64,000 nt of DNA, from positions 128,001 to 192,000 of the forward strand of contig OZ245046.1 in NCBI GenBank assembly GCA_965224245.1, given 5' to 3'. This document shows positions 42,344-51,769 of this stretch, piece by piece. The notes beneath the pieces are model-generated. The model worked only from the letters and a program-made list of their open reading frames with translations. It was not told the DNA's origin and made no database searches. How positions within the stretch are numbered: the first letter of the stretch is position 1; each line of letters begins with the position of its first letter. A program made the position numbers and the translations under genes. The stretch comes from Candidatus Eiseniibacteriota bacterium. GTDB lineage: Bacteria; Eisenbacteria; RBG-16-71-46; CAZAMP01.

Positions 42344-45300
42344 ATGGGTACCCGCGCCTGCCTGGCGCTGGTGTGGGTCGCGCCGGCCGTCCTCTGCCAC
42401 GAGGCGCGCGCCGCCGATCCCGAGATCGGCGTGCTTCAAGCTCACCGCTTCATGCGGCCCCTCGGCGACCAGAGCTGGATCGTGTCGATCAGGGAGTGGC
42501 TGACCGATCACTGGCCGCAGCTCGGCGTGACGACGCTCGAGATTCCCACGGACGGGGGCGTGTTCGCGTACGTGGGGCCGGACGAACCATGCAGCACGGA
42601 GTGCGGCGGCCGATGGCCGGACGGAGGCTCCGGAATCGTGCTCTCGGCGGGCACCCACGGAGGTCCATACGGTCCCCTGACGTCGTTCATCGGCATCGAC
42701 GACTTCGACGTGCTGCTCGTCCCACCGGCTCTCGCCAACCCCCTGCACGCACGCATCGCACCGGACTGCCCCGACGCCCGGGCGGCGGTCGCCGGGTCAC
42801 CGGAGTGTCCGTGTCATCTGTCCTACGACGACATGCTCGAGTACGTCGAGCGGTATCTCCTCGCCCTTCACCGGTGGTGTCGATCCGATCCCGCCAACGA
42901 CGCCTGGAGTCGCGTTCGCGGGCTGCGCTTCAACATGGAGTACAATCCGATCCCGAAGCGCGTCTACGCGATGGACGACAGTGGCCGCGACCCACAGCCG
43001 AGGCATGGGATACCAGCCGTCTGTGACGCGACCATCGATCGATGGAACGCGCGCACGGGTCTCCAGGCCGGTGCCCCCGAGGGAACGCTCGAGGCGTTTC
43101 TCCGGGACGCGGTCTACGACTTTCCCGAGCTCGTTCGAACCGTCGATGGCGCTCCGCGAGGAATCGCCGAATGGGCGGCCGACGACCCGTCGATCGCCTG
43201 GCGCTCGGTCGCGCAGATCTTCACGCTCGGTGAGGACGACGCGATCTCGCGCATCGACGTCCGTGCCCTTCGGCTCGGCGACGGACGCGCGCAGAACAAC
43301 CCGTGGTACTGGCTCTCGGCGGTCGACGACGCCGGCGAGCCGATCCTCTCCGACCGAACCGGCCCCCGGGTCATTCGCCGCTCCTGGCTGCCGGACCGCA
43401 CGCGCGAGACCGAGTGGGTCCCGCTCTACTTCGATCCTCTCGAGGTGTCGGCACGCTTCGATCCCGGTGAGCGCGTGGCGCTCGTGCTCTGCGGGAGCAA
43501 GACGTTCCGGTCGGAGCCCGAGTACGGCGCCGTGGTGCTCGACGCGAGCACGGTTCCGGAGGGAGACGCATACGCCCTCGACACGCCGCACGGCGCGGCG
43601 CCGCTCACGCACGCCGGGGTCCGATCTCTCGACGCCGACCTGGCGTTTCGGGTCTGGCGGTCCCGCGATCCGTCGTCGCGCGCGCACGAGAAGTTCGTGG
43701 CGTATCAGCTGGACAACATGGGGCGGATCTTCGCCGACATTCGCGACCGGCTCGACCGGCACGAGGAGCTCGCGCACCTCGAGATCGTCCCGTTCTGTCA
43801 CATGCCCGACGATCGCATCTTCGGCGTCGAGCGCCGCGAGTACTACGGATTCGACTTCACTCACCCCGACGTGTGGCCGACGATCTCATACATCTATACC
43901 TGGACGGCCGCGCAGACACTCGGGAAGATCCGGGATGCGGGACGGATCCACTCCGCGGGTCAGTCCACGTCCTACGGCCTCGTGCGACGGCACCGTGACG
44001 CCTTCGACGCGGTTCGCCTCGGGTTCGTCGCGGGCGGACTCAACGTCTGGCAGGACACCTACGCCCCATCGGGTCCGCGAGCCAACGAGGCGTGGCGCGA
44101 CTCGACGATGGCCTTTCTCGCCGGCGTGTTCGATCCGATTCGTGAGTTCGCGGATCACTATCGCTACGTCGACTCCGGCCGAGGCTTCCCGGACAGCACC
44201 CGGATACCCGGGTCACGGTTCGATGCCGAGGCATGGTCGCTTCGAATCCCGGCGTCGGACTCACCCACGGGACGACCGCTCGGCCACGTGCTTCTGACGA
44301 GTCAGAGACTGACCGGAGGCGGCGCCGGACAGGTACGCATCCGGGACGCGGTGCCCGACGCGTGGTGGGGTGCATTCTCTCGTCGGCGCCTGGTCACCGA
44401 CAGTCTGGTCGTGCTGGAGGCGGCGCGGCGGGACGTCGAGTCGGAGCCCGCCCGCATGGACCTCTCGGTCTGCTCCGAGATCCAGATTCCCACGGTGCAG
44501 CTCGAGGGCTGGTATCAGCGCGGCAGCACCGTCGCGATCCGGCATCAGCCGACGCATCGGCAGCCGGGCCAGCTGTTGACGACCGTCGAAAGCGCGTACT
44601 GCGCCGGCGATGCCATCGACGTCACCTGGACGCCGGTGCCCGAGGTCTGCCGGGAGGCGTACGAGCTCGGCGAGCTGCGTACCCGTCTGAGCCTCCACAG
44701 ACGGCTCCCTGGCGGTTCGGCCCCCCTCGTCGCGGAACGCACGCTCCCCGCTTCGGCGGCGCACGCCACGATGCCCCTCTGCGAGAGAGCCGACGTCGAA
44801 GCGTGCTTCGACCACCTGGCGGTCTTCGAGTTCGAGATCCGGGTTCGACACGAAGCGCGCGTCGATGACCGCTGGGAATCGCTCACCGACGAGCGCACGG
44901 GTCCGTTCAGGGTCGCTCCTCGCGGCGGCGTGCCGTGTCCTCCTCCCGGTGGCGGACCGATGGAGGTCGTGGTCGAGCACGCCGACGGCGGGTTCGGTGT
45001 CGCGGGCGTGCTCCTCGCATCGATGGGGGACGGGCAGCCCGGTTGGAGCGCGGTCACCATCCCACCGGAGGTCACCTCGATCGCGATCCGCGCAAACGAA
45101 CGCGTGTGGATCGACTACGTCGGCTTCGGTCGTGACGAGAGCGATCGGCCCGGCACGGCGGCGTCCATCACCGGCGTGGTGGGGTTCGAGCTTCCTTCCT
45201 TCGCACTGGAGCGTGCCCACGATGAAGGCACGATCGTCCCCGTGGGGGCGATCCTCTATGTCGACATGCCGTCGAGCGGTGAGGAGCGTGCGCTGCTCGT

Positions 45301-45610
45301 CCATGCGCGGCGCGGATCCCACCTGCCCGGCGCCGACACGATCCGCGTGCGAGGGCTTCCGGGACAGCCGTCCATGTCGATCGAGTACACGATCGCCACC
45401 GGGGCGCACACCTCGGTGGCGGTGTTCGACGTGACGGGACGACGCGTGCGATCGCTCGTCGACGAGCATCGCCTCGCGGGGACCCACCGATTGACCTGGG
45501 ATCGACGAGATGACCGGGGGCGAGCGGTGGCGGCGGGGGTCTACTTGCTGCGGCTTCGACTGGCTCGGCGCCGCACGGTCGAGGCGACGTCGGTCGTCGT
45601 GGTTCGCTGA
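42344..45610 (+). CDS. Large secreted hypothetical protein with FlgD-Ig CTD
   Basis: Signal peptide ending EARA; C-terminus VFDVTGRRVRSL...WDRRDDRG..VAAGVYLLRL. Confidence 0.82.
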   Translation: MGTRACLALVWVAPAVLCHEARAADPEIGVLQAHRFMRPLGDQSWIVSIREWLTDHWPQLGVTTLEIPTDGGVFAYVGPDEPCSTECGGRWPDGGSGIVLSAGTHGGPYGPLTSFIGIDDFDVLLVPPALANPLHARIAPDCPDARAAVAGSPECPCHLSYDDMLEYVERYLLALHRWCRSDPANDAWSRVRGLRFNMEYNPIPKRVYAMDDSGRDPQPRHGIPAVCDATIDRWNARTGLQAGAPEGTLEAFLRDAVYDFPELVRTVDGAPRGIAEWAADDPSIAWRSVAQIFTLGEDDAISRIDVRALRLGDGRAQNNPWYWLSAVDDAGEPILSDRTGPRVIRRSWLPDRTRETEWVPLYFDPLEVSARFDPGERVALVLCGSKTFRSEPEYGAVVLDASTVPEGDAYALDTPHGAAPLTHAGVRSLDADLAFRVWRSRDPSSRAHEKFVAYQLDNMGRIFADIRDRLDRHEELAHLEIVPFCHMPDDRIFGVERREYYGFDFTHPDVWPTISYIYTWTAAQTLGKIRDAGRIHSAGQSTSYGLVRRHRDAFDAVRLGFVAGGLNVWQDTYAPSGPRANEAWRDSTMAFLAGVFDPIREFADHYRYVDSGRGFPDSTRIPGSRFDAEAWSLRIPASDSPTGRPLGHVLLTSQRLTGGGAGQVRIRDAVPDAWWGAFSRRRLVTDSLVVLEAARRDVESEPARMDLSVCSEIQIPTVQLEGWYQRGSTVAIRHQPTHRQPGQLLTTVESAYCAGDAIDVTWTPVPEVCREAYELGELRTRLSLHRRLPGGSAPLVAERTLPASAAHATMPLCERADVEACFDHLAVFEFEIRVRHEARVDDRWESLTDERTGPFRVAPRGGVPCPPPGGGPMEVVVEHADGGFGVAGVLLASMGDGQPGWSAVTIPPEVTSIAIRANERVWIDYVGFGRDESDRPGTAASITGVVGFELPSFALERAHDEGTIVPVGAILYVDMPSSGEERALLVHARRGSHLPGADTIRVRGLPGQPSMSIEYTIATGAHTSVAVFDVTGRRVRSLVDEHRLAGTHRLTWDRRDDRGRAVAAGVYLLRLRLARRRTVEATSVVVVR

Positions 45611-47262
45611 TGCCACCGGGGACGCCGACGCGATGGCTCTCCAGTGCGATCGCGGTGATCGCGGTCACGACGGTGGCGGCCATGTTGCGATTCGTGCCCG
45701 TCGTGAGCGAGTCGTTCCAGTACGACGCGATCTCGCTCCAGCTGGCTGCACGAGAGGGGTTCACGGCCAACGCCTGGGATCAGGCCGACGCCTACGCGCT
45801 GCGGCGCAAGCATCCGCCGCTGGTGGCCTACGCGGTCCTGATCAACAACGCGATCGCCGGAGACGATCCGTATCGCGCCCGGTGGTTCTCGATCCTGTCC
45901 GGGGTGGCGACGTGCGTACTGGTCTCGATCGCGGCGACCAGGCTCTCCAGGGCGGGTCCCGGGATCGCCGCGATCGGAGCAGGTCTCGCCGTCGCCCTGC
46001 TTCCAGTCCATCTGTATGTCAGCCGCAGCTCGAACTGGGACGCGGTCTACGGGATGTTCGCCGTGATCGCGCTCTGGGGGCTCGCCGAGCACCAGCGTCA
46101 CGGAGCGCGACGGTCGCTGGATGTCGCCTGGGTGGCGGCGGCGCTCGCCTTCGCGACCTCGGAGCTCGCCGTCGCTCTGGGGCCGGCCTTCGCCATCGCA
46201 TTCATCGCCACACGCGGCTGGAGACGCGCGCGGCACTGGATGCGAGCCGTCGGGCTGAGCCTCGGCGCTCTGGTCGTCCTCTGGCCCGCCGGGATCCTTC
46301 GCCTCGACATCGTGCGGACGCTGCTCTTTCGCCTCGACGACTCCGCCCACCGGGCCCGCAACGCTCCCTGGACGGAGTTCTACGTCGAGCTCTGGGAGCA
46401 GTCACCCGCCTTCGCGGTGCTGAGCGCGGTCGGTGTGGCCGGTGGTCTCTACGCACTCGTCCGCCGGCGATCACCCGCTCGGTGGGTGGCGCCGTTCTGG
46501 GTGTATGCGCTCACCGTCGCCGTGCTCAGCCTGCGACAACGCCTGGTGTTCCTTCACCATCTCGCGGACCTGTTCCCTGCGCTCGCGGTCGCGTCGGTCG
46601 TGACGTGGACCTCGATGGTCGGGGGCATCCGGGGCGGCCGGCTCGCGGTCGCCGCCGTGCTGACCGGGTTGCTGGCGTGGCTGGCCACCTCGGCCAGATC
46701 CTCCGATCCCGACGTCGTGGGGCCCCAGGAGCACCCGGGGCACATCGGCGTCGCCGCGTTTCTCGATCAGTACCCGCACGCTCGCGTGTATCACTACCAC
46801 GTGATCGCGATGACGCTGTACGCGAGTCCCGAAGCCGAGCTGCACGTGGAGGGAGAGGCGCCACGGCGCTGGACACGCGAGCGGGTATCGGAGCTCGTCG
46901 AACGCCGGGATCTCGACTTCGTGGTGGCGGACTGGTCGATGTTCTCGGACGAGTTCCCGTCGATCGGCCGGCTCGAGTCGGTGCTCTCGCCCCGGTATCG
47001 GCTCGCACACGTCGTCGAGCATCGGCGAACCGGAGAGCCCGTGGCGTGGGTCTTCCGCAATCCCGATGCGTCACTCGGTGGACATCAGGTCGGCGAGAAG
47101 ACGATGTGGCTCGGCCTCGACTCCCTCGTTCCAGGCGCGCCTGAAGGCGTCGGACGGCAGCGCACGGCGCGTCTCCGCTTTCCAGATCTCGACCAGACCG
47201 GCGGAACGTCCGAGCAGCGGTCCATCGCCTCGCTCCACCGCACGATGCGCGGCGCCGAGTAA
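45610..47262 (+). CDS. GT-C fold glycosyltransferase (ArnT/PMT, GT83/GT39-like)
   Basis: Multi-TM; KHPPL..Y, R.FS.L.G, P.H.YVSR...D; TGATG coupling to the upstream gene. Confidence 0.75.
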   Translation: MPPGTPTRWLSSAIAVIAVTTVAAMLRFVPVVSESFQYDAISLQLAAREGFTANAWDQADAYALRRKHPPLVAYAVLINNAIAGDDPYRARWFSILSGVATCVLVSIAATRLSRAGPGIAAIGAGLAVALLPVHLYVSRSSNWDAVYGMFAVIALWGLAEHQRHGARRSLDVAWVAAALAFATSELAVALGPAFAIAFIATRGWRRARHWMRAVGLSLGALVVLWPAGILRLDIVRTLLFRLDDSAHRARNAPWTEFYVELWEQSPAFAVLSAVGVAGGLYALVRRRSPARWVAPFWVYALTVAVLSLRQRLVFLHHLADLFPALAVASVVTWTSMVGGIRGGRLAVAAVLTGLLAWLATSARSSDPDVVGPQEHPGHIGVAAFLDQYPHARVYHYHVIAMTLYASPEAELHVEGEAPRRWTRERVSELVERRDLDFVVADWSMFSDEFPSIGRLESVLSPRYRLAHVVEHRRTGEPVAWVFRNPDASLGGHQVGEKTMWLGLDSLVPGAPEGVGRQRTARLRFPDLDQTGGTSEQRSIASLHRTMRGAE

Positions 47263-50200
47263 CCGTGCGGCCCCGGTCGCGTCGCCGAGACCGAGCCGGG
47301 CCCGGGCCGCCGTCGCGAGGTCCATTGCGGCGCGCCCCCCGGAGGCCGCCTTTCTCGCCCCGACGGCCTCGCTGGCATGGTCCCATGCCTCACGGAAGCG
47401 GCGTTCCACGAGTGCGAGCTCGGCCAGCGCCGTCAGCGCATCCGCCAGTCCGGCGGCCAGTCGCGTCCGGCGGGCCACCTCCAGGCTTCGCTCGAGCCGG
47501 ACGCGGGCCGCACCGGCGTCCGTGGCCGTGAGCGCCTGACCCGCGACCAGATCCGCGCTCGCCTGCCCGAACCGGGCGCCGATCCGGCCGGCGATCTCGT
47601 CGGCCTCGTTCGCCAGTCGCACCGCCTCCTCGAGGTCGTTCTCCTCCAGAGCAATCGTCGCCAGCTCGATGATCGTGGATACGCCCTCCGCCGACACCGG
47701 CCCCATCTGGCGCATCGCACCGAGCGCCTTGGTGAGGTCCGCCCTCGCCCCCTCGACGTCACCCAGACGCCGCTTCACGGCTCCGAGTGCCGCGCTGATG
47801 TTGGCGATTCGTGGGGCGTCCCCGATGGTCTCGTGCAACCCCAGGCATCGCGTCAGATCGGCGGCGGCATCCCGGTCCTTTCCGAGCTCGCCGGATATCT
47901 GGCTGCGATCGAGCAGCGCGACGGCGAGGCGCCGCATGCCGATCACCCGTTCCTCAACGTTCGACGCGTTTTCGCATCGGTGGTCCCAGTGGTCGACCCG
48001 CTGGTTCGCCTTGACCAGCGCGTCCTCGTAGCGGCCCTCGAAGCGGGCGAGGTTCGTGAGACCGGTGTCACAGATCTGGACCACCTCGTCGTCGCCGACG
48101 TGATCACCCACGGCCCGCCCGGCCTCCAGACACGTCGTCGCCGTCTCGACGTCACCCTGCAATCGCGCGATGTGCCCGGTGGCGCAGAGCATGTACCCAT
48201 GATGTCGGGTGTTCGTCTCCTGCAGGCGCTCGATGTCGGCCAGCAGACCCTCACAGACCTGACGGCCCTGCTGCCAGCGCGAGGCAACCGACCAGTACCG
48301 CAGGAGCGATCGGGCCAGGGCCGCCGCTTCGGAGATGGGGACCGAGCGCCGGTACTCGCGTGAGAGCGCGGCCATGAAGTTCTCGTCATCCACCTCGAGA
48401 CGCTTCACCCACATGCGCGCGGTCCTGTCCTCTCGCGAAACGTCCGGGAGACCCTCGAAGTACCTGAAGTGCCGGCGGCGGAACTCGGTCTGCTCTCCGG
48501 CCGCCTCGAGACGGGCGTCCGCGAACTCGCGTACGGTGAGGAGCATGTCGTATCGCGACTGCTCGACACCATCGACGAGTACGGTACGACGAACGATGAG
48601 CGACTTCGAAACCAGCGCCTGGGTCAGCGCGCGTATCTGCCACTCTCCGACGGCCGCGCCGGCGTCGTCGGATCTGGACCCGGCGCGAGAGGACCGGTCG
48701 TTCTCCGGTGAGCGCTCCGCCACTGCATTGCTGCAAACGGCCTGGGCGGCGGTCAGAGACCAGCCACCGCGGAACACGGAGAGCCGCCGGAGCAGCACAC
48801 GTTCGGCGGGGGGGAGCTGGTCGTGACTCCAGGCGAGAACCGCCTCCAGGCTGCGATGGCGATCCGGTCCGCCCGGAACGGGACGGGCCGCCTCCAGTCG
48901 ATGTCCGAGATCCTGGAGCAGCTCGGCAGGAGTCGACAGCTCGAGATGCGTGGCGACCAGCTCGATGGCCAGCGGGAGGCCGTCCACACGACGGCAGATC
49001 TCCGCCACCGCGTCGACGTTGTGCTCGGTGAGGCGGAAGTCCGGGTCCATCGTCGCGCCGCGATCGGCGAAGAGAAGTGTCGACGGATGCCGTGCCGCCG
49101 TGCCGAGATCCGCGTCCGGTGGTGGGACCGGCAGAGGCTCCAGGGGAACGATCTGGCCGCCGGCGATCGGCAGCTGCTCCCGACTGGTCACGATCATGCA
49201 CAGCGACGGGAGCCGTGCCGTCAGCTCCGATACCAGAATTGCACACGCATCCGCCGCCTGCTCGCAGTTGTCGAGAACGACGAGCACCGGCTTTCCCCCG
49301 AGTGCGTCTGCGATCGTGTCCACCGCGGATCCACCGGGTTCGGCGCGAAGACCCAGCGTCAGCAGGATCTGGCTCTCGACCTGGTCCCGATCGAGTGACG
49401 CAGACAGATCCACGAACCACCGCCCGCCGGGGAACCGGGACGCGGACGCGTGTGCGACCTCGACCGCGAGACGCGTCTTGCCCGTTCCTCCCCAGCCGAC
49501 GATCACGACGCAGGCACGTTCGTCGAGGAACTGAAGCACCCGGTCGACGTCCTCGGCGCGGCCGAACAGGCGGGTGGGATAGCGCGGCAGCCTGTGCGTG
49601 CCATCGGAGACATCGCTGCCCAGTCGCTTGCGGAGCCGCTCGAGATCGCGCGCTTCCTGTATCTCCTCGATCTTCTCCCGGACGACGGTCATCGATGGGA
49701 TGCGCTCGCCGGATCTCGCCTTCAGGCAGCCATCGACGAGCTCGGTGAGCGGGGGCGGGAGCTCGCTCGCCCGGCCGGCGGGAAGACCATCGCAGCGTAG
49801 CGTGGCCTCCAGGCGGCGCTCGGTCGTGCCGGGCAGCAGGCGGGTACCCGTCGCCAGCTCGAAGAGGACACATCCGAACGACCAGACGTCCACGTGGGCA
49901 TCCGTGCGCTCGCCGCGGATCTGCTCGGGACTCATGTATCCGGGCGTGCCCCGCACCGGCGCCCCGGCATCGGAATCATCGTCGTCGTGTGTGACCAGAT
50001 GTGCCAGTCCGAAGTCGAGCACCTTGACCATCCCGGAGTCGGTCACGAGGATGTTCGAGGGCTTGAGATCCCGATGGACCACACCGCTGGCATGCGCCGC
50101 TTCCACGGCCGATGCGATCTGGTGGGCGATTCCGAGGACCTCGTCGGTCGTTCTGTCCGGCGCCGCATCGGCTCCGGCCGGCTTGCCCGGCACGCACTCC

Positions 50201-50658
50201 ATGGTGAGAAAGGTCGTGTCGCCGTCTTGCTCGAGCGAGTGGACGGTCGCGATGTTGGGATGGTTGAGGCGGGCGAGGAGGCGCGCCTCCTCGCCGAGGC
50301 GATCGGTGGCCGCCTCGTCGGCGGCGAATCGCGTCGGGATCACCTTGATGGCGACGTCCCGCTGGAGGGCCGGGTCGACGCCCAGATACACGACGCCCAT
50401 CCCGCCGGCTCCGAGCCGACCGAGGATCTCGTACTCGCCTATTCGCTGGGGGGGTGGCTCCTCATCCTGGGGAGAGGGTGCCACGATCTCTTGTGACAGG
50501 TCGGTCACCGACGCGTAGGAGAGCAGTCGCCGGGCCGCGGTGAGGATCTCCAGGTCATCCCCGCACGCGCGAACGAGGAAGCCATCCCGCTCGGCAGGGG
50601 TGTGGTCGAGCGCATCGGCCACGATGCGACGGAGCAGCACGAACCTCGGATCGTGGAT
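47071..50658 (-). CDS. Ser/Thr kinase fused to STAND-type ATPase and TPR repeats
   Basis: Kinase motifs; FGR; Walker A GWGGTGKT; Walker B LVVLDNCE; TSRE; ICRRVDGLPLAIEL; TPRs. Start is ATC 50658 behind a strong SD, or GTG 50640. Confidence 0.9.
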   Translation of the reverse strand: MHDPRFVLLRRIVADALDHTPAERDGFLVRACGDDLEILTAARRLLSYASVTDLSQEIVAPSPQDEEPPPQRIGEYEILGRLGAGGMGVVYLGVDPALQRDVAIKVIPTRFAADEAATDRLGEEARLLARLNHPNIATVHSLEQDGDTTFLTMECVPGKPAGADAAPDRTTDEVLGIAHQIASAVEAAHASGVVHRDLKPSNILVTDSGMVKVLDFGLAHLVTHDDDDSDAGAPVRGTPGYMSPEQIRGERTDAHVDVWSFGCVLFELATGTRLLPGTTERRLEATLRCDGLPAGRASELPPPLTELVDGCLKARSGERIPSMTVVREKIEEIQEARDLERLRKRLGSDVSDGTHRLPRYPTRLFGRAEDVDRVLQFLDERACVVIVGWGGTGKTRLAVEVAHASASRFPGGRWFVDLSASLDRDQVESQILLTLGLRAEPGGSAVDTIADALGGKPVLVVLDNCEQAADACAILVSELTARLPSLCMIVTSREQLPIAGGQIVPLEPLPVPPPDADLGTAARHPSTLLFADRGATMDPDFRLTEHNVDAVAEICRRVDGLPLAIELVATHLELSTPAELLQDLGHRLEAARPVPGGPDRHRSLEAVLAWSHDQLPPAERVLLRRLSVFRGGWSLTAAQAVCSNAVAERSPENDRSSRAGSRSDDAGAAVGEWQIRALTQALVSKSLIVRRTVLVDGVEQSRYDMLLTVREFADARLEAAGEQTEFRRRHFRYFEGLPDVSREDRTARMWVKRLEVDDENFMAALSREYRRSVPISEAAALARSLLRYWSVASRWQQGRQVCEGLLADIERLQETNTRHHGYMLCATGHIARLQGDVETATTCLEAGRAVGDHVGDDEVVQICDTGLTNLARFEGRYEDALVKANQRVDHWDHRCENASNVEERVIGMRRLAVALLDRSQISGELGKDRDAAADLTRCLGLHETIGDAPRIANISAALGAVKRRLGDVEGARADLTKALGAMRQMGPVSAEGVSTIIELATIALEENDLEEAVRLANEADEIAGRIGARFGQASADLVAGQALTATDAGAARVRLERSLEVARRTRLAAGLADALTALAELALVERRFREAWDHASEAVGARKAASGGRAAMDLATAARARLGLGDATGAARLLGAAHRAVERGDGPLLGRSAGLVEIWKAETRRALPSDAFRRAWNEGVEAEPHRLLADLMSTE

Positions 50659-50807
50659 GGGACACCTCCCAGGCCCCGGGGTGACGATGGCCAACTGGGA
50701 TCGCGGCGTGCGGCCGGTGGTCTGGACCCCAAAGTGTCCGAGAATTCGGTCCCGTTGGCAAATGCTAGTCTTCCGACCCAACCCACGGTGAGCGTCGATG
50801 AAGCCGC

Positions 50808-51713
50808 TCACGTTTCGCCGTGGGCTCGCCTCGCCAGCACGACGTTCAGCATCGGCGATCTCACGTCGACCGCCGTGGGCCGCCACTTCTCGTACGCCGC
50901 ATCGAGAACGCGCTTGCTCGTCTCGGCGTCCATCGTCGGCAGGATGTTTCGGCGGAAGATCGGGATGTCGTACCAGCCCTTGTCCGACTCCGGTGAGTGC
51001 CGGAACCAGAAGAGCTCCTGACGTACGACCTCCAGCGCACACGACTCCAGGCCCTCGACGAGCTCCACCATGTATCGACGGCGCCGCTCGGCACGTGTCT
51101 CGTCGAGCGTCTCGTCCGGGGTGAAGCCGAACTCGGCACGTGCGACCTCGATCATCACGTCCGGCAGGCTCGGGCTCTGCTTGCGGGACTCGATCAGGTC
51201 GTCCGGGCTCGGGATGGAGGGGTCGTACGTCGTCTCCACCGGCTGTCCGTTCTCGATCGCGAGCGTGGGAAACGTGTTGAACACGATACGGAGGTCGCCG
51301 GCGGCGATCTCGGAGAGCTGCCGCAGCGTCTCCCGTGGCTTCATCTGCCAGAAGGCTGCATTGCTGACCACGCGATGCACCGGCCCCTCCACCACGTCGG
51401 CCAGCTCCTCGGCGGGCGAGCACAGGTACTCGATGCTGGTCGACGGAGCATGCTCGCGCGCGATGGCGAGCTGAGCCTCCGATCCGTCGAGCGCGACGAT
51501 GCGGGCGGCATCGGCATGGGCACGATACAGCGCATCCACGGTGGCACCCGTCCCGCATCCGAGATCCAGTACCGTCATCCCGGGGTGGACGTCGCAGAGC
51601 GCGACGAGGCGATCGCTCATGTCCCGATACATGCGGTGCTCCTCGGTGTACGCGCGATAGAGCCGTGCGTTCTCGGGCGTGTCCCAGTCGACTATCTTGC
51701 GCTCGTCGCTCAC
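50808..51713 (-). CDS. Class I SAM-dependent methyltransferase
   Basis: VLDLGCGTG; V.SNAAFW; SD AAGGAGG. Confidence 0.88.
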   Translation of the reverse strand: MSDERKIVDWDTPENARLYRAYTEEHRMYRDMSDRLVALCDVHPGMTVLDLGCGTGATVDALYRAHADAARIVALDGSEAQLAIAREHAPSTSIEYLCSPAEELADVVEGPVHRVVSNAAFWQMKPRETLRQLSEIAAGDLRIVFNTFPTLAIENGQPVETTYDPSIPSPDDLIESRKQSPSLPDVMIEVARAEFGFTPDETLDETRAERRRRYMVELVEGLESCALEVVRQELFWFRHSPESDKGWYDIPIFRRNILPTMDAETSKRVLDAAYEKWRPTAVDVRSPMLNVVLARRAHGET

Positions 51714-51769
51714 GTCGCCTCCTTCGACGAAGGCCGCCGACAGGCGGCGGACTCACGCGGCTCCCCTCG

